Assembly (NCBI GenBank): GCA_019637395.1
Contig: JAHBVR010000014.1
Location: forward strand, 191,414-255,413
DNA length: 64,000 bases
Reading direction: 5' to 3'
Source of the DNA: Vulcanimicrobiota bacterium
GTDB taxonomy: Bacteria; Vulcanimicrobiota; Xenobia; Xenobiales; JADMJV01
A model generated the notes under the pieces. That model was not told the origin of the DNA. It did no database searches and saw only the letters and a list, made by a program, of their open reading frames with translations. Below are positions 19,170 to 28,167 of the stretch, one piece after another. Positions within the stretch are counted from its first letter, which is position 1, and each line of letters begins with the position of its first letter. Both the position numbers and the translations under genes were made by a program.

Positions 19170-19447
19170 ATTTTCGAAGGCATCCCCCCGGTGTTCCGTC
19201 CTGAGAAACCGTTAAGAAAGGCAAAAGCGACTTTGAATTATGGCCGGGAATTGTTCACCAGGGTGCATCCAAAGCGCGTGAGCGGCCGGGCCGGAGGGCC
19301 CGAACAATTGAGTCTATTTTAGCACATTTGCGCGCTGCAGCCGATCACCAAGGAGGCTGCGCTGTTTCCTCACATATACCTACAAGTCAGTATTTCTTTC
19401 GAACCGTCTACCGGATCGAATTCGAGTGCAGCCGCTGCCGCATTGCT

Positions 19448-19876
19448 CTAAGTTTTCTCCTTGCCCACCATACCCATACGGAAGAGCAGCAGCGGCAGAG
19501 TGATCAGCATCCAGGCCAGCGGCACAAAGAATAAGCCCGCGAACATATCGCCGCCGTCGTTGTGATGATAAGGCGCATCGGGCGCCGGGGGCATGTTCCA
19601 CCAACCCACCGCCAGCACGCCTCCGATCAGGCTGCACAAGATCGCGTCCAGGGTTCCGGCTTGCCCCCGCTTGCTGCGCGAATCAGGAGCCATAATGCGC
19701 AGCAGCAGTCCTCCCGCCAGCAGGCTGATTCCCAGGCTCAGGCCGGTGTCCACGATGGGACCCCTGAACCAACGAAAAGCCAGCAGTGCTAGGATTCCGG
19801 CCAGTACGAACCAATTTCCGTAGATGCGCGGGTTGAATTTCACCCAGGCACCTTCGGTATTTTCCGCATAGGACAT
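19448..19876 (-). CDS. hypothetical 4-TM membrane protein
   Basis: 142-aa ORF with hydrophobic segments NWFVLAGILALLAF, GLSLGISLLAGGLLL, AILCSLIGGVLAVGWW and FAGLFFVPLAWMLITLPLLLF. Confidence 0.55.
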   Translation of the reverse strand: MSYAENTEGAWVKFNPRIYGNWFVLAGILALLAFRWFRGPIVDTGLSLGISLLAGGLLLRIMAPDSRSKRGQAGTLDAILCSLIGGVLAVGWWNMPPAPDAPYHHNDGGDMFAGLFFVPLAWMLITLPLLLFRMGMVGKEKT

Positions 19877-20454
19877 CTTTTAAGAAGGAATTCATCGGCA
19901 CGGTCAGCTTCTTGAACACATCCTCCTCAGGGGCCCGGGCGAAGTCCAGCTGCAGTTTCCAATCCAACTTGGGTATCCCAGTGGGGTGCGTCTCGGGAAC
20001 CGCCGGCCGGCTCAAGTCAGGCGCAATCCAGCTCGGCGCCTGACGGCTCCAAGAGCAGCGAGGGGTCTCGCGCGCTTCTGGAGTCTTTACTGCTTCTTTC
20101 TGCGGAATCGGCTCGCGGTCGGGCTGATCAGAATCCTCTGGAAGTGCGGCACTTTACGCAGCAATCGGCCGCTGGCTCCTTTGCGACCTCAGCGTCCGGG
20201 ACTTGCCTTGTTGGCATACTTACACTACGAAATCCTCGAGCAATGATGGACTAGACGCAGAGAGGCGAAAGAGCGCTACCAAGTGGTAGTAGAGCAGATG
20301 GCTATCCTGCCGCGGTCGCTCCAGACTGCCCAGCACCATTCCGCAAAACAGTCCCTCCACGTCGTATAGAGAGCCGGTTCGCTGGACTTTTTTCAGGTCA
20401 TCCCGCGCGCAGCACAAGCTTACGCCATTCGCGAGCGGGAGAATCAATTGCTGA

Positions 20455-21285
20455 TCAAAATGTGGCCGTCTGTGGATTCGGCCCAATCCGTCCCTCGGCG
20501 GAGTCCAGCGCATCCAATTGCAGGCGGTCGCTTTCGTCCAGGCGGAAATCAAACACCGCGAAGTTCTCCGCAATTCGCAGGGGTGTCACCGATTTCGGAA
20601 TTACGATGAAGTCGTGATCGAGATGCCAGCGTATCACCACCTGGGCCGCCGACTTGCCGTGCTTGGCGGCAATTCCTTGAACTACGGGATCGTTGAGCAA
20701 CTGCCCCTGGCCCAGTGGACTCCAGGACTGAGTAGCAATTTGTAGCCCGTGATGAAACTCGCGCAGTTCCCGCTGCTGAAAGCGGGGATGCAATTCCACC
20801 TGGTTGAGCACCGGTTTCACCCCGGTTTCCCCGATAATGCGCTGCAGTTGAGCAGGCCCGAAGTTGGAGACCCCGATGGAACGAACACGGCCCTCCTCCC
20901 GCAGACGCACCAGCGCCCGCCAGGAGTCGAGGTAGAGATTGCGATGCGGCGAAGGCCAGTGAATCAGATAGAGATCGACGTAGTCGGTGCCAAGCTTCTT
21001 CAAGCTGGCTTCGCAGGCTCGTAACGCGGAGTCGAACCCCTGGTCGTCGTTCCAAAGCTTGGTGGTCAGGAAGATTTCGTGGCGGGGAATACCTGAAGCT
21101 CGCAGACCATCGCCCACCCCCTGTTCATTGCCGTAGATGGAGGCCGTGTCCACGTGCCGGTAGCCGTTGCGTAGAGCCGTTTCCACCGCCATCACGGCGG
21201 TGTCGTTGGGCGTTTGCCACACCCCCAGACCCATCTGGGGGATCGATTTCGTGTCGTTCAATAAGATCGCTGGTTGATCGCTCAT
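20455..21285 (-). CDS. aldo/keto reductase (2,5-diketo-D-gluconate reductase-like)
   Basis: From the ATG at 21285: MSDQPAILLNDTKSIPQMGLGVWQ..NGYRHVDTASIYGNE..FLTTKLWN..DLYLIHWP..IGVSNF..NQVELHP. These are classic AKR motifs. Confidence 0.9.
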   Translation of the reverse strand: MSDQPAILLNDTKSIPQMGLGVWQTPNDTAVMAVETALRNGYRHVDTASIYGNEQGVGDGLRASGIPRHEIFLTTKLWNDDQGFDSALRACEASLKKLGTDYVDLYLIHWPSPHRNLYLDSWRALVRLREEGRVRSIGVSNFGPAQLQRIIGETGVKPVLNQVELHPRFQQRELREFHHGLQIATQSWSPLGQGQLLNDPVVQGIAAKHGKSAAQVVIRWHLDHDFIVIPKSVTPLRIAENFAVFDFRLDESDRLQLDALDSAEGRIGPNPQTATF

Positions 21286-21637
21286 GTCCGGGCCTTCTCT
21301 TGCCAGCTCCGTTGTTACTGCCACCAGCACGTCGCTCTGCGAATGGGCGGCGCGCAGTGGCCGGGCCACTTCCTCGGGTGCATACAGGCGGAATCTTGAA
21401 TTCGTGGCTCAGTGTATTCTTGGGCGGCCGGCATAATCAGAGCGATGGAAACCGGCTCTTCCGATACTTCCCACATTGATGAGCGCAGGGTAATCATCGA
21501 ACCGTTGACGACGCCCCAAATTGGTGTCAAAAAGGCGCCGATGGTCCTTCTCGCAACCCAGGTGCCGATCTGGCCGCCGCTCCATTCCGTCATTCGAAGC
21601 CACGTCCAGCGGGCCCTTTGAACAGGTATTTATAAAA

Positions 21638-23350
21638 ATGTTAACAGTTGGTCAAAGTGGCGGAAATACCCGCGCGCTACACTGGCTAAAGATGAATGTC
21701 GGCAGTATTCAGGCACCCACGCCGCTCCTGCGCTTGAGCAAAACGACCTCTCCTGTTGCCACCGTCACCGAGGACGCCAGTCGTTGTTGGAAGCCTACCT
21801 CAGAATGGGCGGGGCGGTTGGTCCTGCCATCTTCAGAGGCACGTCGCGAGGGTGGGGTGTATCTAGAAGTTCTCCAGGCGCCTGGCCAACACGCTGGCTT
21901 GAAGGGCAGGAAAGTCTGGCTCAATTTTCAAGAGGCCGGCTGGGTCGACCGCGTTACCACGGATGTTGAATTCTCGAAGCGCACTCGGAAAAGTAAAGGG
22001 ATGGGGCACGTCCACCCTGACCGAATCAATGGTTGGGAGCAGGTGTCCCCCTTAGAAAGCCTGGCCGGTGCCCGTCCCCAGGACGACATGCTGGTAAGTC
22101 TCAAGAATCCCAAGCTGGTGGGAGGTGAGTTACGCATAGAGCGCGAGCCGGTGCAAATTTCCGGCACTCACAAAGCTTTGGTGACCTTCGAAGAGAAAAT
22201 TGACGCTCATACCTGGAAAGTCCGCCACTTCAATCCCGAAACCAGGCAATTTGATGGCCCCAGCCAGGAGGTGCGCACGCAAGGGCGCAGCGACCTGGCC
22301 CCGATGGCTGACCGTCGAGCCAACCGTAAGGGTTGGTATCTTTATGCGGAACCCGACTCCAAGGGAACGATGGTGGTTGCGGCTCTCGAGCCCAAGGAGC
22401 TCTTTGAGCTGCCGCCTGATCAGATGGTCCGCGGTCAAGAATCGTCCTCCCACTACTTGAGGAATGAAAATTGGCGGATGGAGCCGCAGTGTAAGGGTCA
22501 GATGAGCAAGACCCTTCTGCTTCCCTCCGAAACCTCCCAGGAAACCGTTCCGTCTCTTTCGAGTAAAGCTCAGGAGCTTTTTAAACTGGGCGACCAGGCT
22601 CTGGTGCTCCACCTGTTTGGTGGGGCGGTCGGCGCACCCGCCATGATGGGCATTTATGCGGGGCACTTTTCTTTCGGACTGGCCAAAGTGGTTCAAGATG
22701 AGTTCACCCAGGAACCCCGCTTTGAGATCGAGTACAAGCAAGTCTACGCTCACAATCGCGGAGGCGTAATTTCCGGAAGCCAACAGTGGCACGCCTACAT
22801 GGGCGACACCACGCGCGGCTACCTCTACGACCGGCCGGTTACCGACGCGCTGATCCCTATCCCCGAGCTGTTCGACGACTCGAAGGGTTCGGTCCCGTCG
22901 GATTTTCTCGAGCAGCGCCTGGAAGAAGTCATGGCGCGCTACCGTTCCGGCCACGGGGACGGCTCTTCCCAGGTGACGGCCGCCCAGAATTGCTCTCAAG
23001 ACTCTTCGCAGGCGCTTTACGCGGCCGGTTCCGATTGGAAAAAAGCTATCTCCGAGGGCAAATTAAACCCTGGACTGGAGATAGTCGCCGCCGAACTGGC
23101 CGGCCATCTAACTCCCTGGTTCGGCCTCGCGCCGCGCGAGTGGCAGAAAACCGCCAACAATGAAAAGGTAGGCCAGCACACTTTTCGCTGGATTCCCGCC
23201 TTCAAGTCCCCCAAGACGATTCTGCCTCGTAAGAATTTCGAGGCCCTGGCCGACATGGCCCTGGACAAAGGCCGACCCGTGATGCTGGTCAAGACCGATG
23301 TCCTCGGAGCCGACAACCCCGACACCATACCTTCCGCTCCTTTCGGCTAA
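21638..23350 (+). CDS. hypothetical protein (~570 aa, no recognised domain)
   Basis: Long ORF with ordinary amino-acid composition. Candidate starts are ATG 21638 and ATG 21692 (MNVGSIQAPTPLLRLSK). The track start at 21521 is upstream of an AT-rich promoter-like stretch. Confidence 0.6.
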   Translation: MLTVGQSGGNTRALHWLKMNVGSIQAPTPLLRLSKTTSPVATVTEDASRCWKPTSEWAGRLVLPSSEARREGGVYLEVLQAPGQHAGLKGRKVWLNFQEAGWVDRVTTDVEFSKRTRKSKGMGHVHPDRINGWEQVSPLESLAGARPQDDMLVSLKNPKLVGGELRIEREPVQISGTHKALVTFEEKIDAHTWKVRHFNPETRQFDGPSQEVRTQGRSDLAPMADRRANRKGWYLYAEPDSKGTMVVAALEPKELFELPPDQMVRGQESSSHYLRNENWRMEPQCKGQMSKTLLLPSETSQETVPSLSSKAQELFKLGDQALVLHLFGGAVGAPAMMGIYAGHFSFGLAKVVQDEFTQEPRFEIEYKQVYAHNRGGVISGSQQWHAYMGDTTRGYLYDRPVTDALIPIPELFDDSKGSVPSDFLEQRLEEVMARYRSGHGDGSSQVTAAQNCSQDSSQALYAAGSDWKKAISEGKLNPGLEIVAAELAGHLTPWFGLAPREWQKTANNEKVGQHTFRWIPAFKSPKTILPRKNFEALADMALDKGRPVMLVKTDVLGADNPDTIPSAPFG

Positions 23351-23461
23351 GCGAGCGGCCGGGGCACTAAGCGCTCCTTCTCCCTCCCGCGCACCCACCG
23401 CTATCTTTTGCGACGCGGGCAGTTGGAGGCGGAACAGGATGGTCAGTGACACGGGACACGC

Positions 23462-23502
23462 TGACTTCCATAAATGATTCTACACCTGATTCTCTTTGCG
23501 AA
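23462..23502. repeat. bipartite direct repeat, copy 1 (TGACTTCCATAAA, 7 nt, ACACCTGATTCTCTTTGCGAA)
   Basis: The 21-nt core at 23482-23502 is identical to 25022-25042. The 13-nt arm at 23462-23474 matches 24980-24992 at 12 of 13 positions. Confidence 0.85.
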
Positions 23503-23676
23503 TGAGTGGGCTTTGGCGTTCAGGGCGGCGGTTGCGGGGCTTGGTTGTGGGGTTTGTGTGAGCAAGCTTGATGGGCCGGGAGTGGATTGTGTGCCTGTAG
23601 TGTGCCAGAACTCTTTTTCTGGAAGACATTTTTTTCGGAGGCGTCCCAAGCTAGTAGAACGAAGCCAATCTTGCCA

Positions 23677-24702
23677 ATGGAGATTGCTACCGCCCTCATA
23701 AACAAGGTGAGCGAACTCATCGAGTCCTCGCGACAGAAGGTGGCGGCCAGCGTGAATGCGGAGCTGACCCTCCTCTATTGGCGCATCGGGCGTCTCCTTC
23801 AGAGCGAAATCGCGACTGGTGGGCGTGCGGACTATGGCAAACAAGTCGTGGCTGGCCTTTCAAGTAGCCTGACACAAGAATACGGTCGAGGTTGGGGAAA
23901 GCGCCAATTACACTACTGCATCCGCCTGTCCGAAGCGTTCCCCGAGGAAATTGTGCACACAGTGTGTGCACAATTGAGTTGGTCTCACCTGCGCCTGCTT
24001 GTGTCCATGGACGAACCCGTCAAACGTGCCTTTTATCTTCAGATGGCCACAACGGAGCACTGGTCTGTCCGCCAGTTGAACGAACGAATTCAATCAATGC
24101 TTTTCGAGCGTACTGCTATATCTAGAAAGCCTGAAGAGACGATTGAGCTCGAACTAGCGAAGCTCCAAGACCAGCAGCTTTCAACGGATCTGATCCTCAA
24201 AGACCCATACTTACTGGACTTCCTCGGTTTGAATGATCACTATTTAGAGAAGGACTTGGAGGACGCGATTCTCCGAGAGCTAGAGCAGTTTCTACTGGAG
24301 CTCGGGTCAGGGTTTACATTCGTCGCCCGCCAAAAGCGGTTGCAGATAGACGATGATGATTTCTACCTCGACCTACTATTCTACAATCGCAAGCTAAAGC
24401 GCTTGGTGGCGATCGAGCTGAAAATAGGAGACTTCCGCCCCGAGTACAAAGGCCAGATGGAACTATACCTACGCTGGCTAGCCCGACACGAGCAGGAGCC
24501 GAGCGAGGAAGCCCCCATTGGAATTATACTTTGCGCAGGCAAAAAGCAGGAACAAATTGAGCTCCTGGAACTGGACAAGAGCGGTATACACGTCGCGGAA
24601 TACCTTACCGTCCTTCCTCCCCGGGACATTTTGCAAGCACGCTTTCGTCGAGCCATCGAGACCGCCCAACTCAGCATGGAAGCAAAAGACCTCGAGAAGT
24701 GA
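23677..24702 (+). CDS. YhcG/DUF1016 family PD-(D/E)XK nuclease
   Basis: MEIATALINKVSELIESSRQKVAASVNAELTLLYWRIGRLL..YGKQVV..LSWSHLRLL..DPYLLDFLGL..EKDLEDAILRELEQFLLELGSGFTFVARQKRLQIDDDDFYLDLLFYNRKLKRLVAIELKIG matches the full DUF1016 pattern, including the D..ELK nuclease core. Confidence 0.9.
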   Translation: MEIATALINKVSELIESSRQKVAASVNAELTLLYWRIGRLLQSEIATGGRADYGKQVVAGLSSSLTQEYGRGWGKRQLHYCIRLSEAFPEEIVHTVCAQLSWSHLRLLVSMDEPVKRAFYLQMATTEHWSVRQLNERIQSMLFERTAISRKPEETIELELAKLQDQQLSTDLILKDPYLLDFLGLNDHYLEKDLEDAILRELEQFLLELGSGFTFVARQKRLQIDDDDFYLDLLFYNRKLKRLVAIELKIGDFRPEYKGQMELYLRWLARHEQEPSEEAPIGIILCAGKKQEQIELLELDKSGIHVAEYLTVLPPRDILQARFRRAIETAQLSMEAKDLEK

Positions 24703-24734
24703 CAATGGTGCAACGGGCGTTGCACAAATACTGC

Positions 24735-24989
24735 TCACTGCAGGGTAGAAGCGTCGACCGGAGCCTGAGAATCCTTCAGACGTTCCCAGTCTTCCCGAAT
24801 CAATCGTTCTATGTAGCTCCGCACCCCCTCCTCCCTGGACTTGAGCCACTCGTAGACATCCTGGCTGAACCTAACCGTGATCTTAGGAGCTCCTGGCTCG
24901 GAACCGCTGTAGAGCTTTGGGCGGCCTGGGCCGCGTTTCGATCCATTCATTAAATTGTGTCTTCCATTTATTGGCTTAGTGACTTCCAC
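24735..24989 (-). CDS. small ribbon-helix-helix (CopG/Arc-like) DNA-binding protein
   Basis: KITVRFSQDVYEWLKSREEGVRSYIERLIREDWERL has a beta-strand / helix / helix pattern. A basic GRPK tail precedes it. GTG start at 24989, or ATG at 24950. Confidence 0.5.
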   Translation of the reverse strand: MEVTKPINGRHNLMNGSKRGPGRPKLYSGSEPGAPKITVRFSQDVYEWLKSREEGVRSYIERLIREDWERLKDSQAPVDASTLQ

Positions 24990-25042
24990 AAACTATACTA
25001 TACTGGCCCCAATCTATCCAGACACCTGATTCTCTTTGCGAA
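24980..25042. repeat. bipartite direct repeat, copy 2 (TGACTTCCACAAA, 29 nt, ACACCTGATTCTCTTTGCGAA)
   Basis: See copy 1. This copy sits between the HNH stop (25063) and the RHH start (24989). Confidence 0.85.
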
Positions 25043-25062
25043 AGGGGTTGTACCAGTGCCCC

Positions 25063-25817
25063 TCAGGCGGTGCTCAGTTGTGCGCGCAGGTGACGCCTAT
25101 CCTGCTCTGTTCCCCGCCAGCCACACCAAATATCCAGCCAGAAAGCAGTCTCCAATCTCCACTCCTCGCGCAGGTCCTTACCGGTCTCGTTCAAGAAGCG
25201 CGCCCCGCGCGGGGCGTTGCCCTGGATGATCAGCCGGCCCTCGTGCGCATTTTTATGGCATCTCGAACAAATCGTGATCAGATTGTCGGGCCGGGTCAAC
25301 CCGCCGTCGGCGTAGAAAATAATGTGATGGACTTCGAGCCAGAGCGTGTTGGGGCAGCAGGGCACGGCACAACAGTAACCGTCGCGTCGCAGAATACCGC
25401 GCCGTTGGGCTTTGCTGGGAACCCTGGAGCGCGGATGGACGATCTGGACACCCTTGCATACGGTTCACGTCCGTCCAGCCCAAGTCCGCCAGGGCTTCCT
25501 CACGCAGGTGTTGCAACTGCCCCTCATCAACCGGCCGTTCCGCCGATTTCTCCGCGAACAGCATTTCAATCGCTTCCGCCATGGAAAGTGCGCGATCCTC
25601 TTTCTGGCAAATCGTCTGCAGGCCACAGCATAGTGCACCCGCCGGAACAACCGTGTTCAAGATAGGCGCCTGTCCGTTCAATCGCCAGCAGCAGTCGTCC
25701 AAGCAAGGCTTGATAGCGAGTCAGGGTTCCGGCCGATTTTGTGGCCAGATGATGCAAGGCCAAAGGGTCTATTTGCATCACTTCATCCAGGGTTAATGAG
25801 ACGGGATCGAATTCCAT
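25063..25817 (-). pseudogene. HNH endonuclease (DUF222-type N-terminus), frameshifted
   Basis: Spread over three minus-strand frames. Frame 1 (25817-25566) starts MEFDPVSLTLDEVMQIDPLALHH. Frame 2 covers 25702-25253. Frame 3 opens at 25454 after a TGA and reads VHPRSRVPSKAQRRGILRRDGYCCAVPCCPNTLWLEVHHIIFYADGGLTRPDNLITICSRCHKNAHEG, which is the HNH core. Confidence 0.6.
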
Positions 25818-25823
25818 ACTACG

Positions 25824-25854
25824 ATTCTACCTGCTGTTAACGCGTTCTTGTCAA
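25824..25854 (-). promoter_or_regulatory. sigma70-like promoter candidate for the HNH gene (TTGACA, 19 nt, TAGAAT)
   Basis: The minus strand reads TTGACAagaacgcgttaacagcaggTAGAATcgtagtATG. The -10 ends 6 nt before the ATG, implying a leaderless or near-leaderless transcript. The 19-nt spacer is longer than optimal. Confidence 0.35.
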
Positions 25855-26199
25855 ATTTAACACCTTCGGAAAAACCACATAACCAGCCGTTTTAAAAAAA
25901 ATATTTCCCTTCGCTATATGCCGACAGAGACGACTGGAGCGAGCCGGACGCCAAGCTGCGCGAAATGGGCCTTGGCTGGGATCTGATCAGCATTTCCAGG
26001 ATGAGGCCCAGCGAATGCCTGGGGCTCATTGGAGAGACTCGACCTGGACCAGAGGCGAACGAGAGACTGTTCCTGGATCTGGTACCGGCATTGGCGGACC
26101 CTTTCGATGGTTAGCCTGCATCGCTGATCTTCCGGTTATGCATCGTCCTCAATAGCCGGGCTCGGTGAAGTATCAGCCGCTGACCGACTGCACCAAGCC

Positions 26200-26445
26200 T
26201 CAGGGCAGCACCCAGGCGGGGAAAGGGGCGTTTAACTGCTCGGCGGAGCAGGAAGCGAGCAAGATGTTGGTCAGGGCCTGGGTTCGCTGGGCGGCCTCGA
26301 TATCGTTGAACCCGCCGGGGAGAGATTTGGTCGTAAGATTTTGGCCCAGCTCGGCTGTCTTGGGGCAGGCGACTCTCATCCGGTCCAGCAGAAAGAGCTG
26401 CTGGTCCATCGCGTTTTGATTGAAGTTGGTGATGTTGCTTGCCAT
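26200..26445 (-). CDS. hypothetical small protein (81 aa)
   Basis: ATG is preceded by GAGGGA with 8-nt spacing. MASNITNFNQNAMDQQLFLLDRM... No recognised domain. Confidence 0.35.
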   Translation of the reverse strand: MASNITNFNQNAMDQQLFLLDRMRVACPKTAELGQNLTTKSLPGGFNDIEAAQRTQALTNILLASCSAEQLNAPFPAWVLP

Positions 26446-27087
26446 CGGTCGTATCCCTCGCGTTTCTCTTGATGGTCCCAGGATAGCCGGGGGGACTTGC
26501 GGATTTCCTGCGGGAGGCGGTGGAAATGTAACGGCGTTGTTACAGTCTCGGACTGCAAGCAGTTCATCCCTCCGCCTTCAAGCCTGGACCCTTCTCTACA
26601 CTTCCAGGGCTTGATCGGCGTATTCCATCAACTCCAGGTCCCAGCCCGCCAGGCCCTCCCGCAGGGATGAGGAACGGAATGAGTTGGTATTGGCGACCTC
26701 ACCCGGGCCATTTGACTTCATGCACACTGGTAAGGCGTCTCCGATTGTAGTGGTATCCCTGGCGGATGGCCATTTACGCAGCGGCGGCTGCAAGCCCTGG
26801 ATTCACTGTCAGGGGAATCAGTCTGCGGGTTGCTGGAATTGGCGGACCGGGAGAAAATTGGGAGCATCGGGCACTACCGACGCTTTCTGGAGGATTCCGG
26901 ACAGCCAATCTCGGTGCGCCTCAGGGCTGCCGTGGCCCTGAAGAACCTGGGGGATAGGCGCGGACATTCGTTGGTAGAAGAGCAGAGCCGCGAGTCAGCC
27001 AGGAACGAGGACCGGCAGTACGCTCGCAACCGTCTAACTGATAGACGTGCCTGTCAGAAAGTGATCCACCCGGCCCCGGTTATTCTG

Positions 27088-27255
27088 CTAAAAGCTGTTC
27101 TTATTCCTGTAACGGGACCGATAAGACGGGCCGGTGGTCACGAGGATGTGGCAGTGGTGAGTTAATCTGTCGAGAAGTTCCGCTTCCATCTTCGGAGGGA
27201 CGGCAGCGCTTGGTCCCTGGTTGGAGCACAGACTCTCACCGACGATGACCGCTAC
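27088..27255 (-). mobile_element. IS21-family IstB-like ATPase, C-terminal remnant
   Basis: The frame, opening after a TAG, reads VAVIVGESLCSNQGPSAAVPPKMEAELLDRLTHHCHILVTTGPSYRSRYRNKNSF*. This parallels the IstB C-terminus (..AILDRLLHH.H.....G.SYR..). Confidence 0.35.
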
Positions 27256-27301
27256 CTATCTCGGCTCGCGCGAGACATTCCCAAGGAGGGCGGCCATTTA
27301 G

Positions 27302-27630
27302 AGAAAGCGGCTCGCCAGCGATTGGTGGCGAGACGATTTTGCTTCGGGAGTCAGTGAGGCTTTCATTGGGTTTGTAAAAAGGCTGATGCTCCGCCACCCG
27401 AAACGCAATTTCTACTTGGTCCTGGACAACGGCACCACTCACTGTAGCGAGATGACCAAGGACTTCTTCGCTAAAAATCCACGGATTGTTCCTATATTTA
27501 CGCCCACTCACGCTTCCTGGCTGAACCAAATCGAGATATGGTTCAGCGTGATGAGTCGTCAGGCTCTACGTAAAGTTAGCTTCACCAGTCGTCAGAAGCT
27601 GATCGAAAGACTTGAGGCCTACGTTTCTAC
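27302..27630 (+). mobile_element. IS630-family DDE transposase, C-terminal remnant
   Basis: FIGFVKRLMLRHPKRNFYLVLDNGTTHCSEMTKDFFAKNPRIVPIFTPTHASWLNQIEIWFSVMSRQALRKVSFTSRQKLIERLEAYV carries the second catalytic D and the E of DDE_3 (LDN..H ... P.H.SWLNQIE.WF). The N-terminal two thirds are missing. The ORF then reads through unrelated sequence. Confidence 0.6.
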
Positions 27631-27655
27631 TCCAAAGACAAGCCGCTTGTCGGCG

Positions 27656-27919
27656 TCACCGCCAGGGAAAGGCGGCGCAGTCGAAACACTGCTCGGGAGT
27701 TCCGAAAGGCCGCCCATTGTTGAGATAACTTGGCTCGTAGCCACCCCGCAGCCCTCGGCTCCACGAATAGAAGGCAAACTCCCACTCGTCGTCACTTCCA
27801 AGATACCGAAGGTGGCAAACGGGCTGCTCAACGTCTTCCTCATCAGCAGGCTCCTCGCTAACGCCAGCAAGGTCGGCATCTACGTAGACGAATGCGCCAC
27901 GAACGCGCACGTCCAGCAT
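27656..27919 (-). CDS. small conserved hypothetical protein
   Basis: MLDVRVRGAFVYVDADL...VCHLRYLGSDDEWEFAFYSWSRGLRGGYEPSYLNNGRPFGTPEQCFDCA. From memory this resembles a widespread uncharacterised family (..LCRLRY.GS...W.FA.Y.AS...Y..S.L..G...GTPEEALDCA). The match is not verified. Confidence 0.4.
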   Translation of the reverse strand: MLDVRVRGAFVYVDADLAGVSEEPADEEDVEQPVCHLRYLGSDDEWEFAFYSWSRGLRGGYEPSYLNNGRPFGTPEQCFDCAAFPWR

Positions 27920-28167
27920 TCTTGCTTTCTAGCATTCATGGCATTTAGGGTAGGTACGAACTTGCCGGAGGGTGCACTGAGCCCTGAGCGTCCCGTCGGC
28001 CGGCGGCATTACAGCCCGGTGAGTTGTTACGGGTTTGTAAAAAATTTTGGGCGGATTGTAGAAAGTTTTCAGCACGGCGCAAGTTTTACGAAATCCTAGA
28101 ATGATAGCCTTTGGAAGTCGAGCGGTTGGCTCTATGAGAGTCACAATTAACCAGGAGGTCTTACCCC

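Noticed and set aside
19322-19362. possible terminator GCGCTGCAGCC...GGCTGCGC TGTTT downstream of the DA1-like gene
   Set aside because: The stem is only 6 bp plus a bulged 2 bp, it lies 150 nt past the stop, and the T-tract is weak. This is not enough support.
27368-27380. 13-nt repeat GGGTTTGTAAAAA, also at 28031-28043
   Set aside because: Exact 13-mers are expected by chance many times in 64 kb, and there is no extended similarity around either copy.
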